From Leucoraja erinacea (taxonomy: Eukaryota): 64,000 nt of DNA. The translations under genes and the position numbers were made by a program. The notes under the pieces were generated by a model. That model was given only the letters and a program-made list of their open reading frames with translations. It was not told the DNA's origin and did no database searches. This document shows, in pieces, positions 50,426 to 63,479 of this stretch. How positions within the stretch are numbered: position 1 is the first letter of the stretch; each line of letters opens with the position of its first letter. The stretch spans positions 46,996,001-47,060,000 of the forward strand of contig NC_073379.1 of assembly GCF_028641065.1 (NCBI RefSeq), written 5' to 3'.

Positions 50426-51632
50426 GCTTTGTAACCTGTGCCTTGGGAAATCTCTTCAGCTTTGTACTGCTGCAGTGGACTCTGTGCAGAATCTGACATT
50501 AGAGTGCATTCAGGAAAAATATCACAAATAATTCAGTGGAATTTCAGGATTTTTTTGTTGATGCAGAAATCCCAAAGTTGATCTAAATTATGTAAGGAAT
50601 TGCCAGCAGCATTACAGTTAATTGCTGATATTTCCAGGGAAAATGAGGACCATTGTTTCAGTTCAAAGACTTTGCAGAAACTGCGCTATGGTAAACCAAG
50701 TTATTCTGGGTCTGCACAGGACATCTGTCAATATTACATTCACAGTGAATGACCCTGTTCTGAGTTGCAGGGCTACAAAGACATAGATGGTTGTTGGATG
50801 AAAATAATTACTTTTGCAATGAATCCAGACGCAATATTGGACCAAAGTGTCTCAGGAGCTATAAGATTCTACACTTCTGTAAATTACTTTATATTCAAAT
50901 TTGATTTCAAGGAAACACGTTTCACATCCTGTTGATTGTGGATTGACCTTCAATAAAACATAAATGTATAAATCACTTGTATTCAGAAAAACCTGAATAC
51001 TTATGAGTACATTGTGCATCCTGCGTTGTTACTTATGCCTGCTTTCATTTTACTACATGTAAAAATAGTTATATTTATTTATTTGACGAGGAGTGTACTA
51101 TACAACAAGTTTATGCATCTCCCATTTAGCAAGTTATTATGAAAGAGTGTTGAGAAAAAAAGATAATGCTATATATGTATTCTGGCCACAAGGAACAACA
51201 TTTTGCTATGTTGAAAGACAATTAATTTCAAACTATTCATACAAAAAGCATGCAAGACACCATAAAAAAATATATATTTGAAAATCTGAAGGACCTGTTC
51301 GGTTCTGAATTTAATGATTTTTGTAATTTTATTACAACTCCCTGGACATGTTGGGTCTATTGGAAAACATATGTAATGGAGATTAGTCCTGTGGAGGGAA
51401 ATGACACCTCTGAGCTCCTGGTGTAGTACTTCACCTGTAACTTTTGGATATTTCTTTAGGTTTCTCATGCAAGCAACAGGAAGTTTCCATGGTTGAAAAA
51501 TAAGCTATTAAGAACAGCATTGACCTGAACTAATGAATTCTTATGCCTGTCCAATACATTTGGGAATTTAGGGTTCATCACGGGTATTATTGTCTGAGTC
51601 GTCTCAGCAATGTAATAACATACAACTTTTGG

Positions 51633-52010
51633 GGCGCTTAGTGGCACAATGGTAGAGCTGCTGCCTTACAGCACCAAAGACTCGGATTCGATCCAGACTA
51701 AGAGTGCTGTCTGCATGGAATGTGTGCATTCTTCCTGTGACCGCATGGGTTTTCTCCTGATGCTCCAGTTTCCTCCCACATTCCAAAGATGTGCAGGTTC
51801 ATAGCTTAATTGACTTCTGTAAATTGCCCCTAGTGTGCAGGATGTAAAAGTGGAATAACATTGAATGGGTGATCGATGATGGACTCGGTGGGCTGAAGAG
51901 CCTGTTTCTATGCTATATAACTAAAACTAAAATGCTGTATCTCTAAAACTTAAAACTGTGGGTTGAAAGGCATGTTGTCATGCTATATCTCTGAAACTCA
52001 AACTAAAACT
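51633..52010 (+). mobile_element. HE1-like SINE with duplicated tail
   Basis: Head and body, then repeated TGCT(A/G)TAT...AAACT units. Confidence 0.85.
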
Positions 52011-53929
52011 TTCCAAAATGTTTAATGAACAATCAAAGTCTAACTATTTACAGAGCAAATTAAAAGGTGCAACATGTAGCTCCAATTCCTCTCAACTCTT
52101 CTGTTTTATTAAAATATTATTAATGAAAAATCATTGGATTATTTGTATAGAATAATCACAAAATGTCACAGCATTAACTGTAAGTTGTTAATGAAAGTGT
52201 GTGTGACTAAAGCTCTTGAGTTTATTAGTAAATAAAACATTATTTGTAACTAATGAGGCTTCACCAACATTTGATGTACTGGGCATTGCTATATTTTGTA
52301 GTGAATGCCAATTGGCTTCAAGAGGGACAGTTAAAGAGCACATGAAAACAAATTGCAGGCAAAATAAAAGAAAAGCTAAAACAAAAAGTAATGATGTGAT
52401 TAAAGTTTATCTTGTACTTTATAATTTGAAATCTTTGATTTAAATAAAATATTTCAATTGCTCTCAATACCATTGCAGAAATGTTGATGATAGGATAATA
52501 TCATATTTCAATTATTTATACATCCTAAAGAGGGAGATTGCTATTCCCACTGGGAGAATCGGCCTTACATGGTGAAGAGTTTACTTGCCATTTCAAATGC
52601 AGATTCTATTACAGTGTGCGGTATTGATTGATAGATCTGCTGTTGGCAGGCATGGAAAATAAACAGAATTGATGGACTTTTGGATCAATGAAACAACACT
52701 TATTGCACTGCCTTGAGGTGGTTGCTTCCAAACTTGTTCCCAAATTCCTTTGTTGCTAATTCACACGCCTTCTCAACAAAAGCACAGTCCCTGACGGTGA
52801 ACAATGCTGTGAGCTTCTGCTAATATTCTTAAGTGAAAAGCCCTGTAATCTTGTTTGAATGGATTTTTTAAATTTGCATGTAAGGGGATTTCCTCTGCAT
52901 TCTAGTTGAGAGAAATTAGAAAAGTTAAGAAGCATGATAGAGGTAAAAAGCATTCATGATGACCAAGAAGGGATGTTACAATAGCTAATTAACTATGCTT
53001 AAAATGATTTTATGGTTCCATAGATGCTGTGAAGAAGAAACTTGTCACACTAATAATATTTTGAAAAGGTCTCAGAAATTTCAGTCTTTTTTACACAAAA
53101 ATAAATTGTAACGCTAATAGGTTTCCATTTCATGTATTGATATCACAATGTGAAAATAATCTCTGCTCTACGGTCCTTCTAGGAATATTTCAGATGTGAT
53201 TTAACCGTGTAGTTTCACAGTTAACTTTTTCTCAATCTTGAGTAGTGTTGCACAGTTACATGTTATCATTCACAGTATCATAAGCAGAACCTACGTCCAT
53301 GTTATTGCATTTGATAGAAATTGCAAATGGCATGCCATCTTTCAGTTAAGTCGGGTGTACTGCGCTGAACTTAAGTCTTGATTCAACAGCTCACACATAG
53401 CACAGATTGAACTAGTGTGCCTAAATCAATTACATTTCCACTTGGGTCTAAGAAAAGATTTATTACCCAGGATTGGAATAAGGTGTCAGACTTGTTTTGG
53501 GAAGCTTTTTCAGGTCAGTGGTTTGTGGGTTTAAATGGTCTCAGAGACTCGTGTGTATTCAAAAATGGCACTTTAACGTATTACTGAGGGTGTACTGCAC
53601 TCTCAGGGCAAATATCATGTTATATAGCACAGCAACAGACTCTTTGATCCATCAGGGAAACAACTGATTCATGCATACATCTACACTAATACCCGCCATG
53701 TGCACCCATTTATCCCATTATCCCGCTCTCCTTTCATTCTCCACCCCATTCTCTTCCACTATATCCCTCCCTCTGGCATTCCATTTCACTCTCTTTCTCT
53801 CCTTATCTGACACCATTTTGTCTCTGTTTCATCTCTACCCATCTCAACCTCTCACATGTGTCCGCCTACCATTTACCAGGTTTTGTCCCACACACACATC
53901 TTTTCCAGCTTTCTCCCCTAATCGCAATA

Positions 53930-55620
53930 TTCAAGAGTGTTTACTTGTCATGTGCATCAGATAAGGACCGAAACAATGAAATACTTACTATACTGCATCA
54001 TTACTGTCACATTTGATGCAATAACCACAATCATAATATGAAATAAAATATCAGTCATTCTTAGTAAACTAGTCCTCGATAGTGCAAAAACCAAAGTATG
54101 CAGACCAACCACAGTAGTGCAAAGTTTGTTGTGGTTCAGTGGTGAGAGTTGTGGTTTGGATTGTGTAGGTTGGTTCAAGAGCCTTATGGTTGAAGGGAAG
54201 AGGCTGTTCTTGAACCTGGATGTTACAGTCTTCAGGCTTCTGTATCTTCCTGTTGCTAGCATTGAGAAGAGAACATGGCCTGGATGGTGCCGTTCTTTGA
54301 TGATATTAGATGTTTTTTGAGGCATCACTTCCTATAAATCCCTTCGATGTGAGAAGGTCAGTACCCCAGTATCACTAGGGGCGCTGCATTGAAGGCGCCT
54401 CTGCCTACAGTCTGTCCGTTTTCCCCCCTCTTTTTTTGATTTTTGTTTGTCTAAACAATTTTGTTTTGGGGATTCTTTCGTTTTTCTATGTGGGGGAGGG
54501 GGGAGGGGTAAGGGGGAAATCGCCTCCTGGCGAGGATGCGACTATTTTCTCCGAGTCGCATCCACGCCCTCCCTCTTCGCGGCCTACCACTGGATCGGAG
54601 CGGCATTTCCTATGGGAGACCGGGGACCGGACCAGAGCTTCTGCAGCGGCGGCGCGATGTTGGGTTTACCAGCGGACAATACCTACCTGGATCGCCGTTT
54701 GGAGCTCTGGAGTGTTGAGTCGCTGCTCCAACAGCACGGGGCTGTGGTTCGCGGAGCTCCCAGCGTGGGCGGCATTGACCGACATCACAGAGTCCCTGAG
54801 GCCCTTTGCCGAGGTCCGCCAGCCTGAATCTCCACCCGGTGCGGCCTGGGGACGTCGGGAACTGCGGACTCCGCTGGGAAGCGGCCCATTTGGAGGTCCA
54901 ATCCGGTGAGGTTGGCCTCCCGTTCTGTCGTCGGTGTGCCAACATCCCAGCGAGCGGGCCTGAGTGGAGGGCTGCCCGTAGCGGCGACTGCGGAGGTCTC
55001 CGGATGCCCCGACCATGGAAGAACGTCAGAGGAAGATGACTGACTTTGGTGCCTTCCCTCATAGTGGGAAACATTTGATTCTGCTGTGTGGGGATGTTTT
55101 ATGTTGAACTCTATCGAGTGTTGTGTTCTTTATTTTATTGTATGGTGATCACATTTCGCTGTGCCAACCGGCACACGTGACAAATATATGTATCTTGTAT
55201 CTTGTATCTTGATGGGCAGAGATATGTTCATCACTTTCTCAGCCTTCTATAGCCTCAAGCATTCAAATTTCCACAATAGTCTATGATGCAGCACGTCATT
55301 ACACTCTGCACTATAGATGTGTAGAAAAATCTGATAGCATATTGGGTGGCATGCCATACCTCATAAATCCTCTGAAAAGAAGTGGTGTTAGTGAGCTTTA
55401 TTTATGATTGAATCATATTAATGGAACTAGGTAAATTATCAGAGATGTGTACCCGCCAGAATTTGAAGCTGTTGACTCTCTCCACGTCAGTATTCCAAAT
55501 GACATCAGATGTAGCTCACCCTTCCTGTTTAACAATCAGCTCTGTGGTCTTGCTAATATTGAAAGTGAGATTGGTGTTCTGGGATGACTCAGTCAGATTA
55601 CCGTTCTCCCTGTTTACCTG
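53930..55620 (-). mobile_element. Rex1/Babar LINE 3' part, interrupted at about 54375-55211
   Basis: HHPGHVLFSMLATGRYRSLKTVTSRFKNSLFPSTIRLLN; degraded continuation after 55212. Confidence 0.8.
54375..55211 (+). mobile_element. GC-rich non-autonomous retroelement with Rex1-type tail
   Basis: CpG-rich body, 3' stem-loop TGTGCC-AACC-GGCACA, (TATCTTG)n end; no tRNA head seen. Confidence 0.65.
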
Positions 55621-55644
55621 TTACTCGTCCAATGGTCTTGAGGT

Positions 55645-55870
55645 ATTTCATAAGATCATAAGAGATAGGAGTAGAATTAGGCCTATCAACTCTACAACAC
55701 CATTCAATCATGGCTGATCTGCTTCTCCCTCCTAACCCCATTCTCCTGCCTTCTCCCCATAAACTATGACACCCATACTAATCAAAAATCTATCTATCTT
55801 TGCCTTAAATATATCCACTGACTTTGCCTCCACAGTCCTCTGTGGCAAAGATTCACAGATTCACCACCTA
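55645..55870 (-). mobile_element. HER1-like CR1 3' end
   Basis: Reverse-strand tail. Confidence 0.8.
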
Positions 55871-56004
55871 TGCTAGTATCTCTGTGCTAATGGATAGTGA
55901 TGTACCTCCCTTGTATCTTGGTCATTTGTGGGCTGCAATCCTGCAAAGCAAACAGCTGAACCAAAAATTGGTGGAAGCTGCTCACTGGAGTTCCCAAGGT
56001 ATCA

Positions 56005-58695
56005 GTCAAGTCAAGTTTATTCGTCACATGCACATATGAGATGTGCAGTGAAATGAAAAGTGGCAATGCTTGCGGATTGTGCAAAAAAAGAAACCAAAAA
56101 AAACTGGAAAACAGAATGGAACAGAAACACATATTCACATATTACATATTTGTGGGAGGAAAAAAAGAAAAAAAACAGAAATTTTAAAAAGGCATCACAC
56201 AACAGTAAAATGGTACAGTAATGTTAGTCCCTGGTGAGATAGGAGTTTACAGTCCTAATGGCCTCTGGGAAGAAACTCCTTCTCATCCTCTCCCTTTTCA
56301 CAGCATGGCAACGGAGGCGTTTGCCTGCCCGTAGCAGCTGGAACAGTCCATTGCTGGGGTGGAAGGGGACCCCCGTGATCTTGTTGGCTCTGGAGTTACA
56401 CCTCCTGATGTATAGTTCCTGCAGGGGGGCGAGTGTAATTCCCATAGTGCATTCAGCCGAACGCACTACTCTCTGCAGACCCTTCTTGTCCTGGGCAGAG
56501 CAGTTCCCAAATCAAATCATGATGTTTCCGGACAAAATGCTTTCCACAGCCGCTGAGTAGAAGCACTGGAGGATCCTCAGAGACACTCTGAATTTCCTCA
56601 ATTGCCTGAGGTGGTAAAGACACTTCCTTGCATTACTCACCAGTGCGGCAGCGTGTGATGTCCATGTCAGATCCTCTGAGATGTGGACTCCCAGGTATTT
56701 AAAGCAGCTCACCCTATCCACAGTATCCCCATTTATCTTCAATGGTGTGTACGTCCTCGGATGATGTGCCCTCCTAAAGTCCACGATCAGCTCCTTGTTT
56801 TTTTTTGATATTCAAGAGGAGGCTGTTGTCCTGACACCAGAGTGCCAGATCAGCCACCTCCTCCCAGTAGGCCTTCTCATCGTTATCTGAGATCAGGCCC
56901 ACCACCACAGTGTCATCAGAAAACTTGATTATTGAGTTGGAGCTGAACCTAGCCACACAGTCATGTGTGTACAGGGAGTACAGTAGGGGGCTGAGGACGC
57001 AACCCTGGGGGGATCCGGTACTCAGGGTGAGGGACTTCGATGTATTTCCTCCCATCTTGACTACCTGGGGCTTGGCGGTGAGAAAGTCCAGGACGCAGGC
57101 ACACAGGGCAAGTCTGGTGGGGACTATCGTGTTGAAGGCTGAACTGAAGTCTATGAACAGCATCCTCACATAGCCCCCCTTCGGGCTGTCAAGATGAGAG
57201 AGAGCGGTGTGCAGAACCTGGGAGACCGCATCGTCTGTGGATCTGTTCGGATGGTATGCGAATTGTAGCGGGTCCATGTTCCGAGGGAGGAAGGCGCAGA
57301 TGTGTTTCTTGACCAGCCTCTCAAAGCATTTCATGACCACCGAGCTGAGGGCCACCGGACGGTAGTCATTCAGACAGGCTGGGGAGGCATTTTTAGGTAC
57401 AGGTACAATGACGGATCTTTTGAAGCAGGCCACGGACTTGGTCAGTGAGAGGTTGAATATTGTAGTGAGCACCGGAGCTAGCTGCATAGCACAAGACAAG
57501 TATTCGCCCCGAGATGCCATCTGGGCCTACAGCTTTCCTCGTGTTCACACGTGTCACAGCCCTCCTCACTTCGTGCTCGGACAATGAGAATGGGTGCACA
57601 TCCCCAGTGATGGACCTCCCTCCAGCTTCGTTAGCCAGCCCGCTGGCGGTGTTGTCGTTAGTCGGCAGACCTGGGATGACGCTTGCTGTCTCGAAACGAG
57701 CGTAGAAGGAGTTCAGGTCATCAGCTAGGGAGGTGCCGGCACTTCCGGTTGAGGGGGGGTGGGGTGCTCCGGTAATTGTTTACAGTCCGTAGCCCCTGCC
57801 ACAGGCATCTGGTGTCCTGCTGCTACATCTGTGACTCCATCGTGTCTCTGTACCTCATTTTTGCGTCCTTCACCGCCCTTCGCAGTCGGTAGGATTCCAC
57901 CTTGTAGACGTCCATATTTCCGGATGCCAGGCCAGAGTTAGAAGCAGCGGTGCGAGCATTCAAGACCACACGAACGGACCTGTCCACCCAGGGTTTTGGA
58001 TTCGGAAAGGTGCTTACCCTTACCATGGGGACGATGTTGTCAGCTATTGTTGAGATGAAGTCTGTGACTGCTTCTGCGAACTCACTGACGTCACTGGAAC
58101 TTGCTTCGAACATATTCCAGTCGACATCTCTCAGTTCATCTTGCAGCATGGCCTCTGACTGGTCAGACCACCGCTTTACATCCCTCGTCTCTACCGCTTC
58201 CCAAACTATCCTCTGTTTATACTCCGGCAGAAGGAAAATGGCAGCGTGGTCAGTAGGGCTGATAGTGCCACGTCGGTGTCCGCATGTGGTAGAATGTAGA
58301 CGGCTGCGACTATCACTGAGCCGAACTCCCGGGGAAGGTAGAATTGATGACATGAGATCGTCAGGTGCTCCAGGTCTGGCGAGCAGGAACGGGAAAGCAT
58401 CTTGATGTTTCCAGGATTGCACCAGTTGTTATTGGTCATGAAGTAGACTCCTCCACCCTTGGATTTCCCAGATTCTTCTGTTCTGTCAACACAGTGGACA
58501 GTGAAGGACTCGGTTGGGCAGATTACCTGATCTGAAATCAGCGAGGTCAGCCATGTTTCGGTCAGGCATTTATGTCCCGCTGGAATCTGACCCTCGCCCT
58601 GAGGTCATCCAGCTTGTTCTCCAGGGACAGGACGTTCGCCAGAAGAATGCTGAGCAGTGGAGGACTAAAGGTTTGGGCTCTCAGCCTATTCCGAA

Positions 58696-58726
<31 letters not shown>

Positions 58727-59007
58727 TTACCCCGACCCGTTTTCTCGGGGTTTTCCTTGGAGCCGCGCTCCCATTGTTGTTGCCGCGGGGATCTCTGCCG
58801 GCCACGCTGGATCGGTGAGTACAGCGTTTAAAAGGTCTCCGTTTATGCTAGAGTTTAGATTTAAGAGAGTTTCCCTGCCATACTTTGTTAGTATTAGGGA
58901 GTTAGAACTTAGAAATAAGTTTAAAAAGAGCATGAAAGTTAAAAATAAGCACAGTTTCCGCGGAGCTGCCACGACGATGACTGGACAGGGCCGTGCCATC
59001 TTGAATG
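56005..59007 (-). mobile_element. Near full-length Rex1/Babar LINE (APE endonuclease + RT), frameshifted
   Basis: [76 protein letters not shown]; (TTGAC)n tail; possible TSD ATCA. Confidence 0.93.
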
Positions 59008-59404
59008 ATCATTGGGACCACTGGTGCTCACAAACGCACCAACCGCTTTGAGTTGGAACCAAAAATAAATTTGAACGTAACCTCAAATTAAAAAGAGAAT
59101 TGGACAGGATTATGACAAGATGCTGTTAAAATCTGCAGAAAAGGCACATAATTGTCATGAATTTCAACAGTTAAATATTACATTTTGGGTAGAAAAATAA
59201 AGAGGGCATATATAAAATGAGAATCTAAATAAGATCGAGGAGGGAAGGGATCTGGGAATACAAATACACAATTCATTTCAAGTAATGATGCAGTTTAATA
59301 AGCCATGAAAATAGCAAACCAAGCAGAAGGGTTTATTTCAAGAATTGGAAACTCAAGAGTTTTGCAGAACTCGTAACAAACTTTAATGAGACACACCTAG
59401 AGAA

Positions 59405-59700
59405 AGGGTGCACGAGGGCACAGTGGTAGTTGATGCCTTAAAGTTCCAGAGACCCAGGTTCGATCCCCTGTGCGTACTGTCTGTACAGAGTTTGTACATT
59501 CTCCCTGTAACTACAAGGGTTTTCTCCAGGTGCTCCAGTGTCCTCCCTCCAAAGACGTGCAGGTTTGTAGGTTACTTGGCTTGTGTAAATTGTAAACACT
59601 CCCTAGTGTAGGAGAGTGCCAGTATACAGGGTGATCTTGGGTCGACGCAGACTCGGTGTGCCAATGGGCCTGTTTCTACATTGTATCTCTCAAAAGTAAA
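59405..59700 (+). mobile_element. HE1-like SINE within an old CR1 (about 59090-59780)
   Basis: B box GGTTCGATCC, body and tail. Confidence 0.8.
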
Positions 59701-59956
59701 TCTGTATGGTTATTGTCTCCAAATTATAAGAAGGATATTGTATTATTGGTGAGACTGCAAATCATTTTAATCAAGATTAGCCTGAGTCAGAGGTCAAGGG
59801 ACGTTCATGGTCAAGTGGGTAGAGGCTTCAAAATTAGAGCGTAGCTGCGCAGAAAAAGGCCTTTTGGACCGCCACACCCATGTCAACAACCAAACACCCA
59901 GTTTTACACTAAACCTACCCTAACCCATGTTGTTCTTTCCACATTCTTATCAACGC

Positions 59957-61205
59957 ACCGCCATTCGATATGATCATGGCTGATCATCCAACTCAGTATC
60001 CCATCCCTGCCTTCTCTCCATACCCCCTGATCCCTTAAGCCACAAGGGCCACATCTAACTCCTCTTAAATATAACCAATGAATTGGCCTCAACTACCTTC
60101 TGTGGCAGAGAATTCCACAGATTCACCACTCTCTGTGTAAAAAAATGATTTTCTCATCTCGGTCCTAAAATACTTCCCTCTTATCCTTAAACTGTGACCC
60201 TTAGTTCTGGACTTCCCAACAATGGGAATAATCTTCCTGCATCTATCCTGTCCAACCCCTTAAGAATTTTGTAAGTTTCTATAAGATCCCCCCTCAATCT
60301 TCTAAATTCTAGCGTGTACAAGCCGAGTCTATCCAGTCTTTCTTCATATGAAAGCCCTGCCATCCCAGGAATCAGTCTGGTGAACCTTCTCTGTACTCCC
60401 TCTATGGCAAGAATGTCTTTCCTCAGATTAGGAGACCAAAACTGTATGCAATACTCCAGGTGTGTTCTCACCAAGACCCTGTACAACTGCAGTAGAACCT
60501 CCCTGCTCTTATACTCAAATCATTTTGCTATGAATGCTAACATGCCATTTGCTTTCTTCACTGCCTGCTGCACCTGCATTCCTACTTTCAATGACTGGTG
60601 TACCATGACACCCAGGTCTCGTTGCATCTCTCCGCTTTTCCTAATCGGCCACCATTCAGATAATAGTCTACTTTCCTGTTTTTGCCACCAAAGTGGATAA
60701 TCTCACATTTATCCACATTATACTGCATCTGCCATGCATTTGCCCACTCACCCAACCTATCCAAGTCACCTTGCAGCCTCCTAGCATCTTCCTCACAGCT
60801 AACACTGCCCCCCAGCTTTGTGTCATCAGCAAACTTGGAGATGTTGCATTCAATTCCCTCATCCAGATCATTAATATATATTGTAAATAGCTGGGGTCCC
60901 AGCACTGAGCCTTGCGGTACCCCACTAGTCACTGACTGCCATTCTGAAAAGGACCCGTTTACTCCTACTCTTTGCTTCCTGTCTGCCAGCCAGTTCTCTA
61001 TCAATACTGAACCCCCAATACCATGCGCTTTAAGTTTGCATGCTAATCTCTTATGTGGGACCTTGTCGAAAGCCTTCTGAAAGTCCAGTATAACACATCC
61101 ACTAGTTCTCCCTTATCCACTTCCAGTTATGCTCCATTGAAAAATTCTATAAGTTTTGTCAGACATGATTTACCTTTCATAAATCCATGGTGACTTTGTC
61201 CAATG
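59957..61205 (-). mobile_element. HER1-like CR1 LINE, 3' half of ORF2
   Basis: SGVPQGSVLGP, SKFADDTKL, LSYEERLDRLGLYTLEFRRLRGDLIE. Confidence 0.93.
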
Positions 61206-61221
61206 ACACCTGTACTTCACG

Positions 61222-61400
61222 TGCCATTCCAGAGCAAGCACATAATCCAGGTTGACATTTCACTGCAGTATTGACAGATTTGCTGTGTTGACTGGGCTTA
61301 TTCAGATAGATATAAAATATCCCAGGGCACTGTTAATGAAATGAAAACAAGTTCTTCTATTAATATTGTCAATAATGGGACTCATGCTTTGTTGTGATTT
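61222..61400 (+). mobile_element. Ancient DeuSINE/SacSINE1-like remnant
   Basis: GCACATAATCCAGGTTGACA...TGCAGTATTGA...TAAAATATCCCAGGGCACT resembles the Deu-domain consensus as recalled. Confidence 0.5.
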
Positions 61401-61763
61401 GCTTTGCACATTTTGACTAGAAAGTAATAATTATGTTTGAAGTGTAATTAAGAAGTACTTTTATGTGCTGCGAAGCAGGAGGATTTTTGTAGATAGTAGT
61501 CATTTAAAATACTAAAGGCCAAATGGGATAATGACAGACGATTTACAGTGCCCAATTTACCTGCACCCACAGAACACAATGTGGGTGCAATTATTTCTGC
61601 ATGCCGTCTACACCAACTCCACTGTTGATTGGTCTTGTACGCCAATGGGGAGCTTAATACTGTAACTTTCCAGTAACCTTTCTCTGGAGATGTTGCCTGA
61701 CGCATTGAGTTATTCCAGCATTTTGTGTCTATCTTAGGCAGAACTGATATTGTTTTAAAGTAT

Positions 61764-61970
61764 TTAAGAAACAACTGCAGATGCCGAAAAAATCGAAGGT
61801 AGACAAAAATGCTGGAGAAACTCAGTGGGTGAGGCAACATCTATGGAGCGAAGGAATAGATGATGTTTCGGGTCTAGTCTGACGAAAGGTCTTGACCTGA
61901 AACGTCACCTATTCCTTCGCTCCATAGATGCTGCCCCACCCACCAAGTTTCTCCAGCACTTTTGTCTAAC
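61764..61970. mobile_element. Penelope fold-back element with hammerhead core at 61879-61906
   Basis: Inverted arms; likely TSD TTGTTTTAAAGTAT / TTGTTTCAAAATAT. Confidence 0.8.
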
Positions 61971-63479
61971 TTGTTTCAAAATATCATGTGTTGGTAGAAC
62001 TTGCAATGTGCATACTCTGAGAGAAAATGTACATACTCTGGCTGCCTGCTGCGACCCTAGCAAGAAACTAAGATGTAGTTGGCTCTTTTTCGATGGAGAC
62101 CCACAAGTGATCTCCCTTTCAGTGGACATCAAACTGCCAGAGTATGCAGATATTTCCAGCTGTAGCTTGGGATAAACCAGTTTGGTTGGTTTCTCGACAA
62201 CTGGCACTGAAAAGAACAATTGGCAGTGCTGTCCTTGCACTGCTCAGAGATTGCAGCTGATGAAATGTTGGAGTCAAGCACAATTTTCTTTAAAGTTCTG
62301 AGAGGGAAGACTGGTCCCTGCACAAATTGGATGAAAATGGCCTCTTGCTGAAAGCACTCTTCACTATTCGTTCCCTTCCAATTCTCTGAGCTTATTCCGC
62401 CCCCTTTACTTCATTCTCCCAGTTATGCTCCATTGCAAGAGGAATGGCCACGAACACACCAAGTTCTGTAAGCAATTGATGCATTCAGAAATCCTGAAGT
62501 AACTATTATATCTTTCATCTCGTGGAACACTGTGCATAATTTCAACCCAAAATAAATATGTGTAGCAACATTAACCATTTCGAATATGCCTTTGAATATA
62601 ATTGAGGGTTTAACTTTCAAAGAGATTCAATCCAAAATTCTAAAATAATAAATTATTGTAAAGTTGGTTTAATTACTATCTTCCCTGTGTTCTGTATTTC
62701 CTCTACCTAACACTTAGACGATGTTGTTCGTATGTTGTGTGGATATTGTGAACAGTGATATATTTTGGCGAGAATTTTTTTAGTTATTTCCAGCAATGAC
62801 GTTCATGCATGAATTTATAATTTTAACATTCTGTTACACTGAAGACTGAGAAGATTTTCACTTCACCGTGCAGGCTATGTACAAATTAAAAGAACAATTA
62901 TCCAACACAACAATGATTTTAGGGCATTTATAAAGAGTCATGAACAGTTTCAGAAATAGAAAATTCAACGGTGCAAGTTTAGATCTCGGGTTTGATAATA
63001 GCAGAATGAGAAATAAAGCAAGATTGGAGTTGCTGACACAAGAAATTGCAGATGATGGAATCTGAAACAAAAAAAAACTTTTGGAGAAACACAGTGGGTC
63101 TAGCAGCATCTGTGGAGGAAAAGGAATGGTTGTCATTTTGGGTCAAGACCTTGTGTTAGGACTGAGAATGTAGAGCAAAGATAGCCAGTTTAATGAGGTG
63201 GGAGGGGGGATGATTCAGGGCTGATCAGTGATAAGTAAAGACTGAAGTTATCCACCCTAGTTTTGATACAGAGATTTGTGTATAACTTTTTTCTCTAATT
63301 ATTTCATAGTATCCCACAAATGTATACTGTGGCAATTAATGCACACCCCAGGTGTTCCATTGTCATGATAGAGTTTATTGTCCATCACAGAATGTCTACC
63401 CTGTCAGTTTTCCCATTTGTCTCCATTCCTCAACACATTTCTCTAATTGCAACAGTGTTTGAGACAGTGCTTATTAGGT

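Noticed and set aside
54436-55074. Overlapping 115-157 aa ORFs
   Set aside because: GC-rich repeat interior, open in many frames, no domains.
58572-59051. Polyproline protein on the plus strand
   Set aside because: Antisense of the Rex1 N-terminus; the prolines come from a C homopolymer of unreliable length.
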